Positions 19,452-30,588 are shown, counted from the stretch's first letter. The stretch is 64,000 nucleotides of DNA from Marinoscillum sp. (GCA_038134805.1 JAYPVV010000005.1:10752-74751), one strand, 5' to 3'. The notes: generated by a model not told the origin, from the sequence alone. A program made the numbers and translations.

Positions 19452-21887
19452 ACTGCCACCACAAAACTCCATTATGTCAGAACCTATTGGAGATCCATCA
19501 GGCGGACTAAGTTGAGTTGGAAAGCTCAACTCAATATCACCATCCATAAAACTATTGATTCTAGAAACCATGTACTTATTTTGATGTGATTCGCTTTTTT
19601 GAAGTGTTGCTTTTAAATCATTTAAAACTTTGTACGTAATTGCATTCACCTCAACATGTGATGAATTTTGACCCGCCAAAGAAAACAAATTATCCAAAAC
19701 TGAATAGTTTACCATGTTTTGAAGTTCTTTTTCTATACCATTAAATTTGGTTTGATTAGAAAATATTGTACTTTGAATTAGCCTATTTAATACATACTCT
19801 AATCCTGGCTGATTATTATTTCTAGCTTTATAAGAAACTAGTCTAGTTGCTCTTTCTGGATTTAGCAGAGCACTTAATACCATTTGGGTAGCACTCTCAG
19901 CTGCTGAAATGTAATCGAAAACTAACCCTGCTCTAGACTTAAATGTTTCTCTGGTTCTTGGGTAACCATTTGCTCTAGGGGGGATAATTTTTAATAAAGA
20001 TTCTGGCAGAGATAAATTTTTTGGAGATATTGAACTCAAAAGAGCATCGATCGCTTTTTCTTGATCACTAAAAGAAACCAAACTAGTAACAACCTGTCCA
20101 TCTCCTTTTACAGCGTAGTTATAGTCCAAGCCACCAACGACCTTAGATGCTGCCTCAATTTGATACCTATGAAGCAAATACATAGGAACAAGCGCCTCTT
20201 CAATGCTTGACATTGGCTCTCCTTCTTTGATGACATTTTCATTAAGGTTATCTAAAACATATCTTCTAATTTTTAACATTCTATCAAGTTCTTCTGATGC
20301 GCTAAATCCATTATCCCATAAATGAGATCTTGGGTGAGCGCTGCTTATTGGTCTTGAGTCTTGATCTGTTATAAAGTATATATCTCTTTTATATCCCTCT
20401 AGTAAAATATTATTTAAACCTTCATTCTCTTCTTTCTCAAATTGTCTGTAGCCCCAATTTATAGCGAGCTTATCCCAATCTCCTATACCATAGTCGTATG
20501 CTTCAGAAAGATCAATTTCTCCATTCACCATCTTGATCAAAGGATGAGGATAATCCATCACCGACTTACGGTTTCTTGCACTTGAAATATAATTATGAGA
20601 CAAGCCAAGGGTATGACCAACTTCATGAGCTGACAGCTGTTGTAATCTTCGAATTGACATTTTTTCCATTTCTTGGTTTTTTTCTATGCTACCATAAGGT
20701 CGCAATAAACCCTCGGCAATAAGATAATCTTGCCTGACCCTTAACGAACCAAGAGAGACGTGACCCTTAATGATTTCTCCGGTTCTTGGGTCAACTACAG
20801 ATGAGCCGTACGACCACCCTCTTGTAGACCTGTGCACCCACTGTATCACATTATACCTAATGTCTAGCAGATCTGCTCCCTCTGGCAAAACCTTAATTTG
20901 GAAGGCGTCTTTAAATCCTGCAGCTTCAAACGCATCATTCCACCAAGAAGCCCCTTCAATAAGGGCAGACCTTACTGGTTCAGGAACACCTCTGTCTAAA
21001 TAATAAACAATTGGTTCTACAGCCTCACTAATTTCTTTTTCAGGATACTTTTTTACTAGCCTATGCCTTCTGATAAACTTTTTTTCCAACTTAGTATCAA
21101 CAGGACTTGCGTAATCATAGTATGTTAAAGAGCCGTATCCTGCTCTAGGATCGAAAATTCTTGGTTTATAGCCATCGTCCGGGAGCTGTACAAACGAGTG
21201 TCTAGTTCTAACAGAAAACGACTCATTGTCTGGGGACACAGATCTCAAAAATGATCCAGCAGAAGTTCCCCTAAATGTTAAAAAAGACTCTAGCTCTGAG
21301 TTTAATGGAAAGTTTTTTGAGTTGGCATAATCAAATGAAGAAAAGTTTTTATCTAACTTAAACGACCCTTGTCTCCTTTGATTTATTTTTTGTGATATAG
21401 AATGGGAATCATTAACGATAAAATCAGTTGCATCAATAAGGTGTTTGTTTTTTTCACTAGCAACAATGTTAAAAGACCATAAGGTTGATTTGGCAAACGC
21501 ATCTTCGACAGATTTTTTTTCTTCTTTGTTTTCCGTAATAGCTAGGTAAGTATAATTAGGCTGAATCATAAAAATTTTTGGCCCCATTTTCACAAACTTA
21601 ACAATCCTAGATCCTCCAATTTGACCTCTATCTAATCCGATATCATTAGACCCCAAACCAGCTGAAAGATAATTCACATATAACATCTCCTCACCTAAAT
21701 TCTTAATCTCAAGGTATAGTTTTCCTTTACTCTCATCCCAATAATAATCCACAAAACCTTCCTTTTTTTCAAAACTTTGAGTGAATGTCTTTATTGAGCT
21801 CTCTAGCTGAGCAAAAACTTTATAGGTTAGTACAAAAATTATTATAGACGAGCACGACATAATTTTAATAAGGGCTTTTTTTTTCAT
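19446..21887 (-). CDS. Exported zinc-dependent metalloprotease (metzincin; EcxA/DUF5117-DUF4953 type)
   Basis: Signal peptide ending VFA|Q; HEVGHTLGLSHN zinc motif and SVMDY Met-turn; DPRTGEII. Confidence 0.88.
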   Translation of the reverse strand: MKKKALIKIMSCSSIIIFVLTYKVFAQLESSIKTFTQSFEKKEGFVDYYWDESKGKLYLEIKNLGEEMLYVNYLSAGLGSNDIGLDRGQIGGSRIVKFVKMGPKIFMIQPNYTYLAITENKEEKKSVEDAFAKSTLWSFNIVASEKNKHLIDATDFIVNDSHSISQKINQRRQGSFKLDKNFSSFDYANSKNFPLNSELESFLTFRGTSAGSFLRSVSPDNESFSVRTRHSFVQLPDDGYKPRIFDPRAGYGSLTYYDYASPVDTKLEKKFIRRHRLVKKYPEKEISEAVEPIVYYLDRGVPEPVRSALIEGASWWNDAFEAAGFKDAFQIKVLPEGADLLDIRYNVIQWVHRSTRGWSYGSSVVDPRTGEIIKGHVSLGSLRVRQDYLIAEGLLRPYGSIEKNQEMEKMSIRRLQQLSAHEVGHTLGLSHNYISSARNRKSVMDYPHPLIKMVNGEIDLSEAYDYGIGDWDKLAINWGYRQFEKEENEGLNNILLEGYKRDIYFITDQDSRPISSAHPRSHLWDNGFSASEELDRMLKIRRYVLDNLNENVIKEGEPMSSIEEALVPMYLLHRYQIEAASKVVGGLDYNYAVKGDGQVVTSLVSFSDQEKAIDALLSSISPKNLSLPESLLKIIPPRANGYPRTRETFKSRAGLVFDYISAAESATQMVLSALLNPERATRLVSYKARNNNQPGLEYVLNRLIQSTIFSNQTKFNGIEKELQNMVNYSVLDNLFSLAGQNSSHVEVNAITYKVLNDLKATLQKSESHQNKYMVSRINSFMDGDIELSFPTQLSPPDGSPIGSDIMEFCGGSL

Positions 21888-22372
21888 TTTCTAGTTTTTA
21901 TAATTATTTCTTCTTTTTCTTTTGGGTTTTTAAGCCTAATCGTTGAAAGTTCATTTTCTACTTCAAAGTATATCAAATTTTCTTGATCTTCAAAATCTGA
22001 AAACAAAGATGAATCATGAACGGTGATTTTTTTTGGGGTTTTTATTTTCAACACCTCATAATAGCAATTGATGGTTCCGTTAATATACTCATGTCCTAAG
22101 TAGTTTATGTTTTCTCTCTTTCCGTTTATTTCAAAAAAAACATTTTTGGATAAATAAGATTTTATATGCTTATCAACCAAAGTTTTTTCTGAGTTAATAA
22201 TGTCAAATTTTGATAGTCTATACTCTTTAATTAAAGCCGCTTCAAAATCATCAAAAAAAATTTTTTTTTGAACTTCTATTGCTTTTCTTTCCACATTGTA
22301 TTCTATATAAGAAACGCTTACGTAAAACTTGTGAGGAAAGAAAAACAAAAAAAGAGCTATGAGGTTCATCAT
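21884..22372 (-). CDS. DUF6702-like exported protein (copy 1)
   Basis: Short hydrophobic N-terminus then HKFYVS, KIFFDDFE, QENLI; paralog at 53440-53934. Confidence 0.7.
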   Translation of the reverse strand: MMNLIALFLFFFPHKFYVSVSYIEYNVERKAIEVQKKIFFDDFEAALIKEYRLSKFDIINSEKTLVDKHIKSYLSKNVFFEINGKRENINYLGHEYINGTINCYYEVLKIKTPKKITVHDSSLFSDFEDQENLIYFEVENELSTIRLKNPKEKEEIIIKTRK

Positions 22373-22413
22373 ATTATTTAATAAATTTAAAAATAAATTT
22401 TAACTGAATTAAA

Positions 22414-22992
22414 ATGTCTGAATTTAAAACCTGGTTTATGGTTGGTTTTGAACATATTTTAAATGTTCAAGCTTTAGATCACATACTTTTTGTGCTAGCC
22501 TTAGTTGTTGTTTATGAACCAAAAATGATAAAACAGATTATTATTTTGATTACCGCATTTACCGTGGGACATTCTTTAACACTAATTATATCTGTACTTG
22601 AATTAATTTCTTACGACCAAAAGGTTATTGAGTTTGCAATTCCATTAACTATAGTTCTAACTTCTCTTAATAACATTTTTAATAGAGATAATGTTAAAAA
22701 CAATAAACTAACCTCAAATTATTTGATCGCCCTATTTTTTGGTTTAATTCATGGATTAGGTTTTGCTAATTATCTAAAAGCTTTACTTTTTGAAAGCAAT
22801 GTTGTTCTTGAATTATTTTCTTTTAACATAGGAATAGAAGCGGCCCAGCTTATAATTGTTTTTGTTTTTTTGTTTGCAGGTGCTATTGGATCAAAGTATC
22901 TGTTTAAGCAAAGAGAAAAATGGGTCTTGTTTGTGTCTTCTGTAATTTTTGGTATAAGTTTGATGTTAACAATCAATGCTAAATTTTGGTGA
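22414..22992 (+). CDS. HupE/UreJ-family membrane protein
   Basis: GFEHI..LDHILF, TAFTVGHSLTL, FGLIHGLGFA, FNIGIE.AQ. Confidence 0.9.
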   Translation: MSEFKTWFMVGFEHILNVQALDHILFVLALVVVYEPKMIKQIIILITAFTVGHSLTLIISVLELISYDQKVIEFAIPLTIVLTSLNNIFNRDNVKNNKLTSNYLIALFFGLIHGLGFANYLKALLFESNVVLELFSFNIGIEAAQLIIVFVFLFAGAIGSKYLFKQREKWVLFVSSVIFGISLMLTINAKFW

Positions 22993-22993
22993 A

Positions 22994-25246
22994 ATGAAAA
23001 AAACTCTATTCTTATTTTGTCTATTTATAAACTTCAATGTTTTTTCACAAGGCTCTTATGGTGACTGGGATAAAAAGTTTGAACAACTTGGCACTATGCT
23101 CCCTACACCTAACACTTACAGGACAGCTTCTGGCGCTCCGGGTATTGATTATTGGCAGCAACGGGCAGACTATAAAATCAACGTAGTTCTTGATGACAAC
23201 AACCAAACTATTAGGGGAGAAGAGACAATTACATATTACAACAACTCGCCCGATAACTTAGGATACCTTTGGGTTCAGCTTGATCAAAATTTTAGAGCTG
23301 CTGATTCAAATTCACCGTTAGTTTCTCCATCAAATATGTCAAATTCTTATAGTGGGAAACGACTTCAAGATTTAACTGGAGAATACACAAATGCTAAAGG
23401 TGAAAAATTTGACGGTGGCTTCAAAATAGATTATGTTAGAGATGAAGAGAATAAAGACTTAAAATATTCGATAGTTCAGACAATGATGAGGATAGAGCTC
23501 GATCGACCTCTTGCCAACAACGAAAATATTACATTCAACATAAAATGGTCATATGAAATAAATGATAGGATGAAAATTGGTGGTAGAAGTGGATATGAGT
23601 ATTTCCCAAAAGACAAAAACTTTAGTTACACAATAGCTCAGTTTTTTCCTAGGATGGCTGTGTATGATGATAAAGAAGGTTGGCAAAACAAACAATTTTT
23701 AGGTAGAGGAGAGTTTGCCTTAGCTTTTGGAGATTATGAATTAAATATAACAGTGCCTTCTGATTTCATTGTTGCCGCAACAGGGTCTCTTCAAAACCCT
23801 AAAGAAGTCTTATCTAAAGAAGAGCTTGCTAGATTTGATAAAGCTAAAAAAACTTTTGATTCTCCAGTAATTATTACATCACAAGAAGAGGCAATAAAAA
23901 AAGAAAATAACCCAGAGAGATCTAAAACAAAAACCTGGAGATTTAAGGCAGAAATGGTTAGGGATGTTGCTTTTGCTGCATCTAGAAAGTTTATATGGGA
24001 TGCTATGGCGGTAGATCTTGAAAATAACACCCCATTAGCTATGTCTTATTATTCAAAAGAAGGTAATCCTCTTTGGGAAGAAGAGTCTACAAAAGCAGTA
24101 GCAAATACCCTGAAGACCTATTCTAAACATACTATTGAATATCCCTATCCAGTTGCAATTTCTGTTCATGCAGCATCAATTGGAATGGAATACCCTATGA
24201 TTTGTTTTAATTTCGGAAGGCCTAATGATGATGGTTCATACTCTGATGCAACTAAGTGGGGTATGATTAGTGTTATTATTCATGAAGTTGGTCACTTTTT
24301 TATCCCAATGATTATAAACTCTGACGAAAGACAATGGACTTGGATGGATGAGGGCTTAAATACTTTTGTCCAATCTCTTACACAAAGAGAGTATTACAGT
24401 GACGGACCGCTTAGAAGAGGTTCAGCACAAAGTATAGTCAATTACATGAAAGCACCTAAAGATATGCTTAGACCAATAATGACAAACTCAGAGCAAATAG
24501 CAAACAGAGAGTTTGGTGCAAACGCTTACGCAAAACCAGCTGCAGCATTGAGTATATTAAGAGAAACCATAATGGGGCCAGAGCTTTTTGATTATGCTTT
24601 CCGAGAATATTCTAAAAGATGGGCGTTTAAACACCCTGATCCTGCAGACTTTTTTAGAACGATGGAGGATGCTAGCGCAATAGATTTAGATTGGTTTTGG
24701 AGGGGTTGGTTCTATACAACTGATAATGTAGACGTTTCTGTTGAAAATGTAAAATGGTTTAAAATGAAAAAAATGGATGAACCTTTTGAAAACAGAGCTA
24801 GTGTAGACGAGAAAGAAATAAAAGGAAAAAAAGATGTCGCTTCTGACGACCCTAAATACTCTATTCCTTTTAAGCCAACAGAATTTACTTTTTCTAATAC
24901 TAATGAAAATGAGTACAGAGAGTTTAGAAACTCAGTTGATGATGATAAAATAAAACTTCAAAATGCCGACAAAAACTTTTATGAAGTTACTTTCGAGAAC
25001 AAAGGTGGACTAGTAACTCCTTTGATTATAGAATGGACATATGATGATGGGTCAAAAGAAATTGAAAAAATACCTGCTGAGATCTGGAGGTTTAATGAAA
25101 AAGTTGTAACAAAAGTATTTGTCAAAGAAAAGGTTGTAAAAAGTATTATTCTAGACCCTTTAAAAGAAACAGCTGATGTTAATTTAGAAGACAACAACTA
25201 TCCAAGAGTTGAGATTAAAAGTGATTTTGATAGGTTTAAAAACTAG
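22994..25246 (+). CDS. Exported M1-family zinc aminopeptidase
   Basis: Signal peptide VFS|Q; GMEYP, HEVGH-x18-E (WMDEG); start ATG 22994. Confidence 0.92.
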   Translation: MKKTLFLFCLFINFNVFSQGSYGDWDKKFEQLGTMLPTPNTYRTASGAPGIDYWQQRADYKINVVLDDNNQTIRGEETITYYNNSPDNLGYLWVQLDQNFRAADSNSPLVSPSNMSNSYSGKRLQDLTGEYTNAKGEKFDGGFKIDYVRDEENKDLKYSIVQTMMRIELDRPLANNENITFNIKWSYEINDRMKIGGRSGYEYFPKDKNFSYTIAQFFPRMAVYDDKEGWQNKQFLGRGEFALAFGDYELNITVPSDFIVAATGSLQNPKEVLSKEELARFDKAKKTFDSPVIITSQEEAIKKENNPERSKTKTWRFKAEMVRDVAFAASRKFIWDAMAVDLENNTPLAMSYYSKEGNPLWEEESTKAVANTLKTYSKHTIEYPYPVAISVHAASIGMEYPMICFNFGRPNDDGSYSDATKWGMISVIIHEVGHFFIPMIINSDERQWTWMDEGLNTFVQSLTQREYYSDGPLRRGSAQSIVNYMKAPKDMLRPIMTNSEQIANREFGANAYAKPAAALSILRETIMGPELFDYAFREYSKRWAFKHPDPADFFRTMEDASAIDLDWFWRGWFYTTDNVDVSVENVKWFKMKKMDEPFENRASVDEKEIKGKKDVASDDPKYSIPFKPTEFTFSNTNENEYREFRNSVDDDKIKLQNADKNFYEVTFENKGGLVTPLIIEWTYDDGSKEIEKIPAEIWRFNEKVVTKVFVKEKVVKSIILDPLKETADVNLEDNNYPRVEIKSDFDRFKN

Positions 25247-26205
25247 AAAGGAAGATTGTTAAGGTCTACGTTTCCTCCAGTGAGTATAATTGCTATTTTT
25301 TTATTTTGAAAGAATTTTTTTTCCTTTAAAACCGCCGCCAAAGGCACTGCACAAGAAGGCTCACAAACAATTTTCATTCTCTCCCAAATTAATTTCATTG
25401 CTAAAATTATTTCTTTTTCTGAAACGGTTATTATACTTTCTGCTCCGTCGACAATAATATTAAATGTTCTTTTTGCTAATGATGTTTTCAATCCGTCTGC
25501 AATTGTATTTGGATTTTGTACAGGAACAAGCTTTTTTTGAGCAAAGGACTCATAGGCATCTGATGCATTAAGGGGCTCTGCTAATATAACTTTTGTTTTT
25601 GGAGAAAAGTTTTTTGTAGACAAAATAGTTCCTGAGGCCAACCCTCCACCCCCTACAGGACACATGATAAAATCAAGATTGTCAATCTCATCAAAAATTT
25701 CTTTTGAACAAGTTGCTTGTCCCAAAATAACATTAGCATTATCAAAAGGGTGAATAAAATTAGCATTGGTTTTGCTAATGATTTTATCACAGGTTCTTAT
25801 TCTAGACTTTTCATTATTTTCACATAAATAAACTGTAGCCCCGTAACCCTTAACAGCTTTAACTTTAATTTCGGGTGCGTTTTTTGGCATAACGATATAA
25901 GCTTTAGTTTTAAGAATTTTAGAAGATAACGCTACAGCTTGAGCGTGATTTCCAGATGAGTGAGTAACAAAACCACTGTGAATTTCTTTATTAGAAAATG
26001 ATAATGCTGCGTTGATCGCTCCTCTCATTTTGAATGCTCCAATTTTTTGAAAATTCTCACATTTAAAAAAAACATTTGCTCCTGAAATTTTATTAATAGC
26101 AGAAGAACTAAGTATAGGTGTTTTGATAATATATTGCTGTATTCTTTTTTGAGAAGAAATAATATTTGATTTTATCTCTGAAGATATTAGTGTGCTTGTA
26201 ACCAT
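25243..26205 (-). CDS. PLP-dependent serine/threonine dehydratase / serine racemase family
   Basis: KCENFQKIGAFKMRGA, SSGNHAQ, PVGGGGL, TIADGL, TGGNVD. Confidence 0.9.
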   Translation of the reverse strand: MVTSTLISSEIKSNIISSQKRIQQYIIKTPILSSSAINKISGANVFFKCENFQKIGAFKMRGAINAALSFSNKEIHSGFVTHSSGNHAQAVALSSKILKTKAYIVMPKNAPEIKVKAVKGYGATVYLCENNEKSRIRTCDKIISKTNANFIHPFDNANVILGQATCSKEIFDEIDNLDFIMCPVGGGGLASGTILSTKNFSPKTKVILAEPLNASDAYESFAQKKLVPVQNPNTIADGLKTSLAKRTFNIIVDGAESIITVSEKEIILAMKLIWERMKIVCEPSCAVPLAAVLKEKKFFQNKKIAIILTGGNVDLNNLPF

Positions 26206-28913
26206 GTTTTTCCGGTACCCACATCTACAGTTAATGGGACTTTTATTTTAATTGCATTTTCCATTATTTTTTTTATTCCAAACTGAAATTCTTCCAGTTC
26301 AGAATTTACTATATCAAAAACTAATTCATCATGAACCTGCATAATCATCCTGGATTGAAAATCATTTTCTTTAATCCAACTATTTATTCTAATCATAGAA
26401 AGCTTAATTATATCAGCGGCGCTACCTTGAATTGGCGTGTTAATTGCGTTTCGTTCTGCAAAGCCCCTTAGGGTAAAATTTCTAGAGTCTATGTCTCTTA
26501 GATATCTTTTTCTTCCAAGAATTGTTTCAGCGTATTTTTTTTCTCTTGCTATATTAATGGAGTGATCCATATACTTTTTAACCGAAGGAAACTCATTAAA
26601 ATAAGAATCTATTATTTCTTTTGCTTCTGACCTAGATATATTTAGGTTTTGAGATAGCCCAAAAGGAGAAATCCCATAAATAATTCCAAAATTAACTTCT
26701 TTGGCTCTTCTTCTCATGTCTTTTGTTATCTCCTCCTCAGGGACACCAAATACTTTTGATGCCGTTAAAGAGTGAATGTCTAAGTTGTTATTGAAAGCAT
26801 TAATCATGTGTTCATCACCACTAAATGAGGCAATAATTCTAAGTTCAATTTGTGAATAGTCTGCAGCTAAAATAAAACCATCCTTATTTCTAGGAATAAA
26901 AGCTGATCTTGTCTTTCTTCCTAGCTTTGTTCTAATTGGAATATTTTGGAGGTTTGGTTTGTTTGAACTAAGTCTGCCCGTTGCTGTAACAGCCTGAGCA
27001 TAATCTGTATGAATTAGCCCATCGTATGAAGACACCATTTCTGGAAGAGCATTTATATACGTTGATAGTAGTTTTTTATACTCTCTAAACTCTAAAATAA
27101 GACTAACAATTTCATTTTCTTTTGAGAGTTTTTGCAAAACATCTTCACCTGTTGAGTACTGTCCTGACTTTGTTTTTTTTGGATTTTCATCAATAATTAA
27201 TTTTTCGAATAAAATAACTCCAAGTTGTTTGGGTGATGATATGTTAAACTCCTCGCCAGCAAGGCTGAAAATTTTTTTCTCTGTTTTCTCTATGTAGCTT
27301 GTAAGGGTTTTTGACATCTCTGAAAGAAATTTAAGATCAACCTTTACACCATTCCTCTCTATGTTACAAAGTGTAAACATTAGTGGCAACTCAACATTAT
27401 AATAAAGCTCATGTAGGTTGCCTTTTTCTATTTCTTTTTGGAAAACCTTTTTTAAAGAAAAAGATACGTCGGCGTCTTCACATGCATAATAATAAATGTC
27501 TTCTGGATCTAGATCGGTCATTTTTTTTTGATTGACACCCGGTTTACCAATTATATCTTCGATAGGAATACACTTATAATTTAAGTAGGTCTCTGATAAA
27601 GCGTCAAGTTTATGACTTGATTCTGGGTTAATTAAATAATGAGCAATCATTGTATCAAAAACATTATTTGATATATAGATTTTGTTTTTTTCTAAAATTT
27701 GTATGTCGTACTTTAGGTTGTGTCCAATGATGGTGGTATCTGGATTTTCAAGCAATGGTTTTAACTTACTCAAAGTAGATTTTTTGTTCTTCAGGGTAGG
27801 CACATAAAAAGCTTCGCCTTCTTTAGAGCACAATGAAACCCCTGCTAACTCGGCCTCTTGAATGTCTAAGCTTGATGTCTCTGTATCAACACAAATTTCT
27901 CGAGCAGACCCCATATAATTTAACAATTGATCTAGGTCTTCAGTATTTATTAGCTTGTAGTTAGATTGTTTCTTTTCTTTGATTGTTTTTTCATGAAAAA
28001 AGTCTAATTGTTTCTCTTGGTTTTCTATAAGAATTCCCGAAGACATCAACCTAGATTTAATAGTTCTAAACTCCATTTGATCAAGTAAAAAGTTTAGCTC
28101 TTTAGGTTTAGCTTTCTTTACTTTTATTTCATCGAGGTTAATATTAATGGGCACATCTGTTTTTATTTTTGCAAGCTCCTTTGATAGGATCGCCAAATGA
28201 CACCCTTCCTCAACCTTGGTTTTTAATGACCCTTTAAGTTGGTCTTTGTTTTCAATTATCCCCTCAATATTACCAAAATCATCAAGTAGTTTTTGGGCAG
28301 TTTTTGGGCCGACACCTGGGATACCGGGTATATTATCAACACTGTCTCCTTGTAGCCCTAAAAAATCAACAACTTGACTAATTTTTTTAATTTTAAATTT
28401 TTCAAGAACCTCTTCAACCCCCAAAACATCAACTCCCTTTCCCATAAATGATGGCTTATATAAATAAACATTTTCTTTGACAAGTTGAGCAAAGTCTTTG
28501 TCTGGCGTCATCATATATATAGTTGTTTTTTCTCTAGATAACTCACTAGATAATGTTCCAATAATATCATCCGCTTCGTATCCGTCTTTTTCTACAATGG
28601 TAATTTGTAGAGAGTCTAAAAATTGTTTAATTATTGGAATCGCTATCTGAATGTCTTCTGGCTGTCTTTCTCTATTTGCTTTGTATTCTTTAAATATTTC
28701 TGATCTAAATGTAGGCGCTTTTGTGTCAAAAGCGACAGCAATGTGAGTTGGTTTTTCTTTATTTATTAGTTCTATTAAGGTGTTAAGAAAACCATATATC
28801 GCACTTGTGTTTATTCCCTTCGAATTAACTATTGGGTTTTTACTAAAAGCAAAGTGAGCCCTATATATGAGCGCCATTGCGTCTAACAAAAAAACTTTAT
28901 TAACAGATTCCAA
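26187..28913 (-). CDS. polA: DNA polymerase I
   Basis: 5'-3' exo (EADD, GDSVDNIPG), 3'-5' exo DTET, ADYSQIELR, AKEVNFGIIYG, QVHDEL. Confidence 0.98.
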   Translation of the reverse strand: MESVNKVFLLDAMALIYRAHFAFSKNPIVNSKGINTSAIYGFLNTLIELINKEKPTHIAVAFDTKAPTFRSEIFKEYKANRERQPEDIQIAIPIIKQFLDSLQITIVEKDGYEADDIIGTLSSELSREKTTIYMMTPDKDFAQLVKENVYLYKPSFMGKGVDVLGVEEVLEKFKIKKISQVVDFLGLQGDSVDNIPGIPGVGPKTAQKLLDDFGNIEGIIENKDQLKGSLKTKVEEGCHLAILSKELAKIKTDVPININLDEIKVKKAKPKELNFLLDQMEFRTIKSRLMSSGILIENQEKQLDFFHEKTIKEKKQSNYKLINTEDLDQLLNYMGSAREICVDTETSSLDIQEAELAGVSLCSKEGEAFYVPTLKNKKSTLSKLKPLLENPDTTIIGHNLKYDIQILEKNKIYISNNVFDTMIAHYLINPESSHKLDALSETYLNYKCIPIEDIIGKPGVNQKKMTDLDPEDIYYYACEDADVSFSLKKVFQKEIEKGNLHELYYNVELPLMFTLCNIERNGVKVDLKFLSEMSKTLTSYIEKTEKKIFSLAGEEFNISSPKQLGVILFEKLIIDENPKKTKSGQYSTGEDVLQKLSKENEIVSLILEFREYKKLLSTYINALPEMVSSYDGLIHTDYAQAVTATGRLSSNKPNLQNIPIRTKLGRKTRSAFIPRNKDGFILAADYSQIELRIIASFSGDEHMINAFNNNLDIHSLTASKVFGVPEEEITKDMRRRAKEVNFGIIYGISPFGLSQNLNISRSEAKEIIDSYFNEFPSVKKYMDHSINIAREKKYAETILGRKRYLRDIDSRNFTLRGFAERNAINTPIQGSAADIIKLSMIRINSWIKENDFQSRMIMQVHDELVFDIVNSELEEFQFGIKKIMENAIKIKVPLTVDVGTGKTWLQAH

Positions 28914-28968
28914 TGTCTTAAAAAAATATTCAATAAAATTAATATGTATATTAGATTAAAAAATAAGA

Positions 28969-30588
28969 ATGAAAAACAAAATTAGATTTTATTTGGTTGT
29001 TTTTGCTTTGTTTTTGTTTTCGTTTGGTTACTTAAAAAAAGATGAAATTAACTATGAAGATATTCGCTCTACCTTAAAAGTTTTCGGAGTTTTTTTTTCT
29101 AAACAAGACATAAACACCATGAAAGATTATGTTAACAGAAACAAAAACTCTTACAACCTGATGAGAGAAAAAGAGTTAGGAATCAATGTCGCTCCAGCCT
29201 TATCTTTCAATATAGATCTTCAAAAATCAAAGAATATTAGGTTTTCATTTGATGACATAATAACAGAGCTTCCTGATAATAAAAAAGACATTGCTTTTTT
29301 ATCTGTTGGGGAGTTGTCATATTTATTAAAACACGGAAAAATTTCTTCTTTAGAGCTCACAAAAATTTATTTAGAAAGAATACAAAAATATGATGCCACA
29401 TTAAATTCCGTAATAACTTTAACGGAAGATTTGGCAATAAAACAAGCAATTAAGGCAGACGAGGAAATAAGCAGAGGAGTTTATAGGGGGCCTTTACATG
29501 GAATACCATACGGAATTAAAGATCTAGCTTCTTTCCCTGGACACCCAACTACCTGGGGGGCCATGCCATATAAAGACCAGCTTATTAATGAAAAAGCTAA
29601 AGTTATATTAAAACTTGAAGAGGCTGGCGCGGTAATGCTTGGAAAATTATCTTCAGGTGCTCTGGCGAGGGGGGATGTGTGGTTTGGAGGAAAAACAAAA
29701 AACCCATGGGATGTTCAAGAAGGCTCAAGTGGGTCCTCAGCCGGCTCAGCATCTGCTGTCTCTGCGGGGCTGGTGGGTTTTGCTATAGGAACTGAAACTC
29801 TTGGCTCCATCGTTTCTCCATCTACTCGGTGTGGGGTGATTGGGTTAAGGCCTTCTTTTGGCTCTATCTCAACCTCTGGTTTTATGACGCTTTCTTGGAG
29901 CATGGATAAGGTTGGGCCAATCTGTAGAACTCCTCGAGATTGCGCTATTGTATATAGCTTGATAAAAGAAAACAATAAAGATGAGGTTTCCGTTGTTGCT
30001 TTTGATCATCTTGCTGAAGAGCTAAAGATTGGGTATACTAAAAAGCTATTTGATAAAGACACCTCTCGTTTTTACACAAACAATGCTAAAACAATAGAAC
30101 TTCTGTCTCAAAGTTATAAAATGAATGAAGTTGATTTGCCAAACAACTACCCTTTTTCTGTTTTTGATATAATTCTAAGAGCAGAGGCTGGTGCTTTTTT
30201 TGACTCTTTTTTAAGAAAAAGATTAGATTCTTCTATGGTAGAGCAAGGGGAAAGATCTCGAGCAAACTCTCTGAGACAATCTCGTTTAATTCCAGCCGTA
30301 GAATATATTCAGGCGAATAGACATAGACAAGAATTAATTGAAGAAACAAAATCTCTGTTCGAAAAATATGATGTTATTCTTTCCCCTACATTTGGTGAGA
30401 ACCAACTTTTGATCACAAACCTTACCGGACACCCTGTGGTTTCTTTACCAAATGGCTTAGATAAAAAGGGGAAGCCGACCAGTATTACAATAATAGGAAA
30501 CTACGGCTCGGAAGATAAAATTTTATATTTTGCGGAAAAACTAAAAAACATGGTTGGTTTTGATAAAAAACCTCCTCTTTTTTATTAA
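28969..30588 (+). CDS. Amidase signature family protein with N-terminal export/anchor helix
   Basis: GPLHGIPYGIKDL, GSSGSSAGS, GTETLGSI. Confidence 0.9.
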   Translation: MKNKIRFYLVVFALFLFSFGYLKKDEINYEDIRSTLKVFGVFFSKQDINTMKDYVNRNKNSYNLMREKELGINVAPALSFNIDLQKSKNIRFSFDDIITELPDNKKDIAFLSVGELSYLLKHGKISSLELTKIYLERIQKYDATLNSVITLTEDLAIKQAIKADEEISRGVYRGPLHGIPYGIKDLASFPGHPTTWGAMPYKDQLINEKAKVILKLEEAGAVMLGKLSSGALARGDVWFGGKTKNPWDVQEGSSGSSAGSASAVSAGLVGFAIGTETLGSIVSPSTRCGVIGLRPSFGSISTSGFMTLSWSMDKVGPICRTPRDCAIVYSLIKENNKDEVSVVAFDHLAEELKIGYTKKLFDKDTSRFYTNNAKTIELLSQSYKMNEVDLPNNYPFSVFDIILRAEAGAFFDSFLRKRLDSSMVEQGERSRANSLRQSRLIPAVEYIQANRHRQELIEETKSLFEKYDVILSPTFGENQLLITNLTGHPVVSLPNGLDKKGKPTSITIIGNYGSEDKILYFAEKLKNMVGFDKKPPLFY

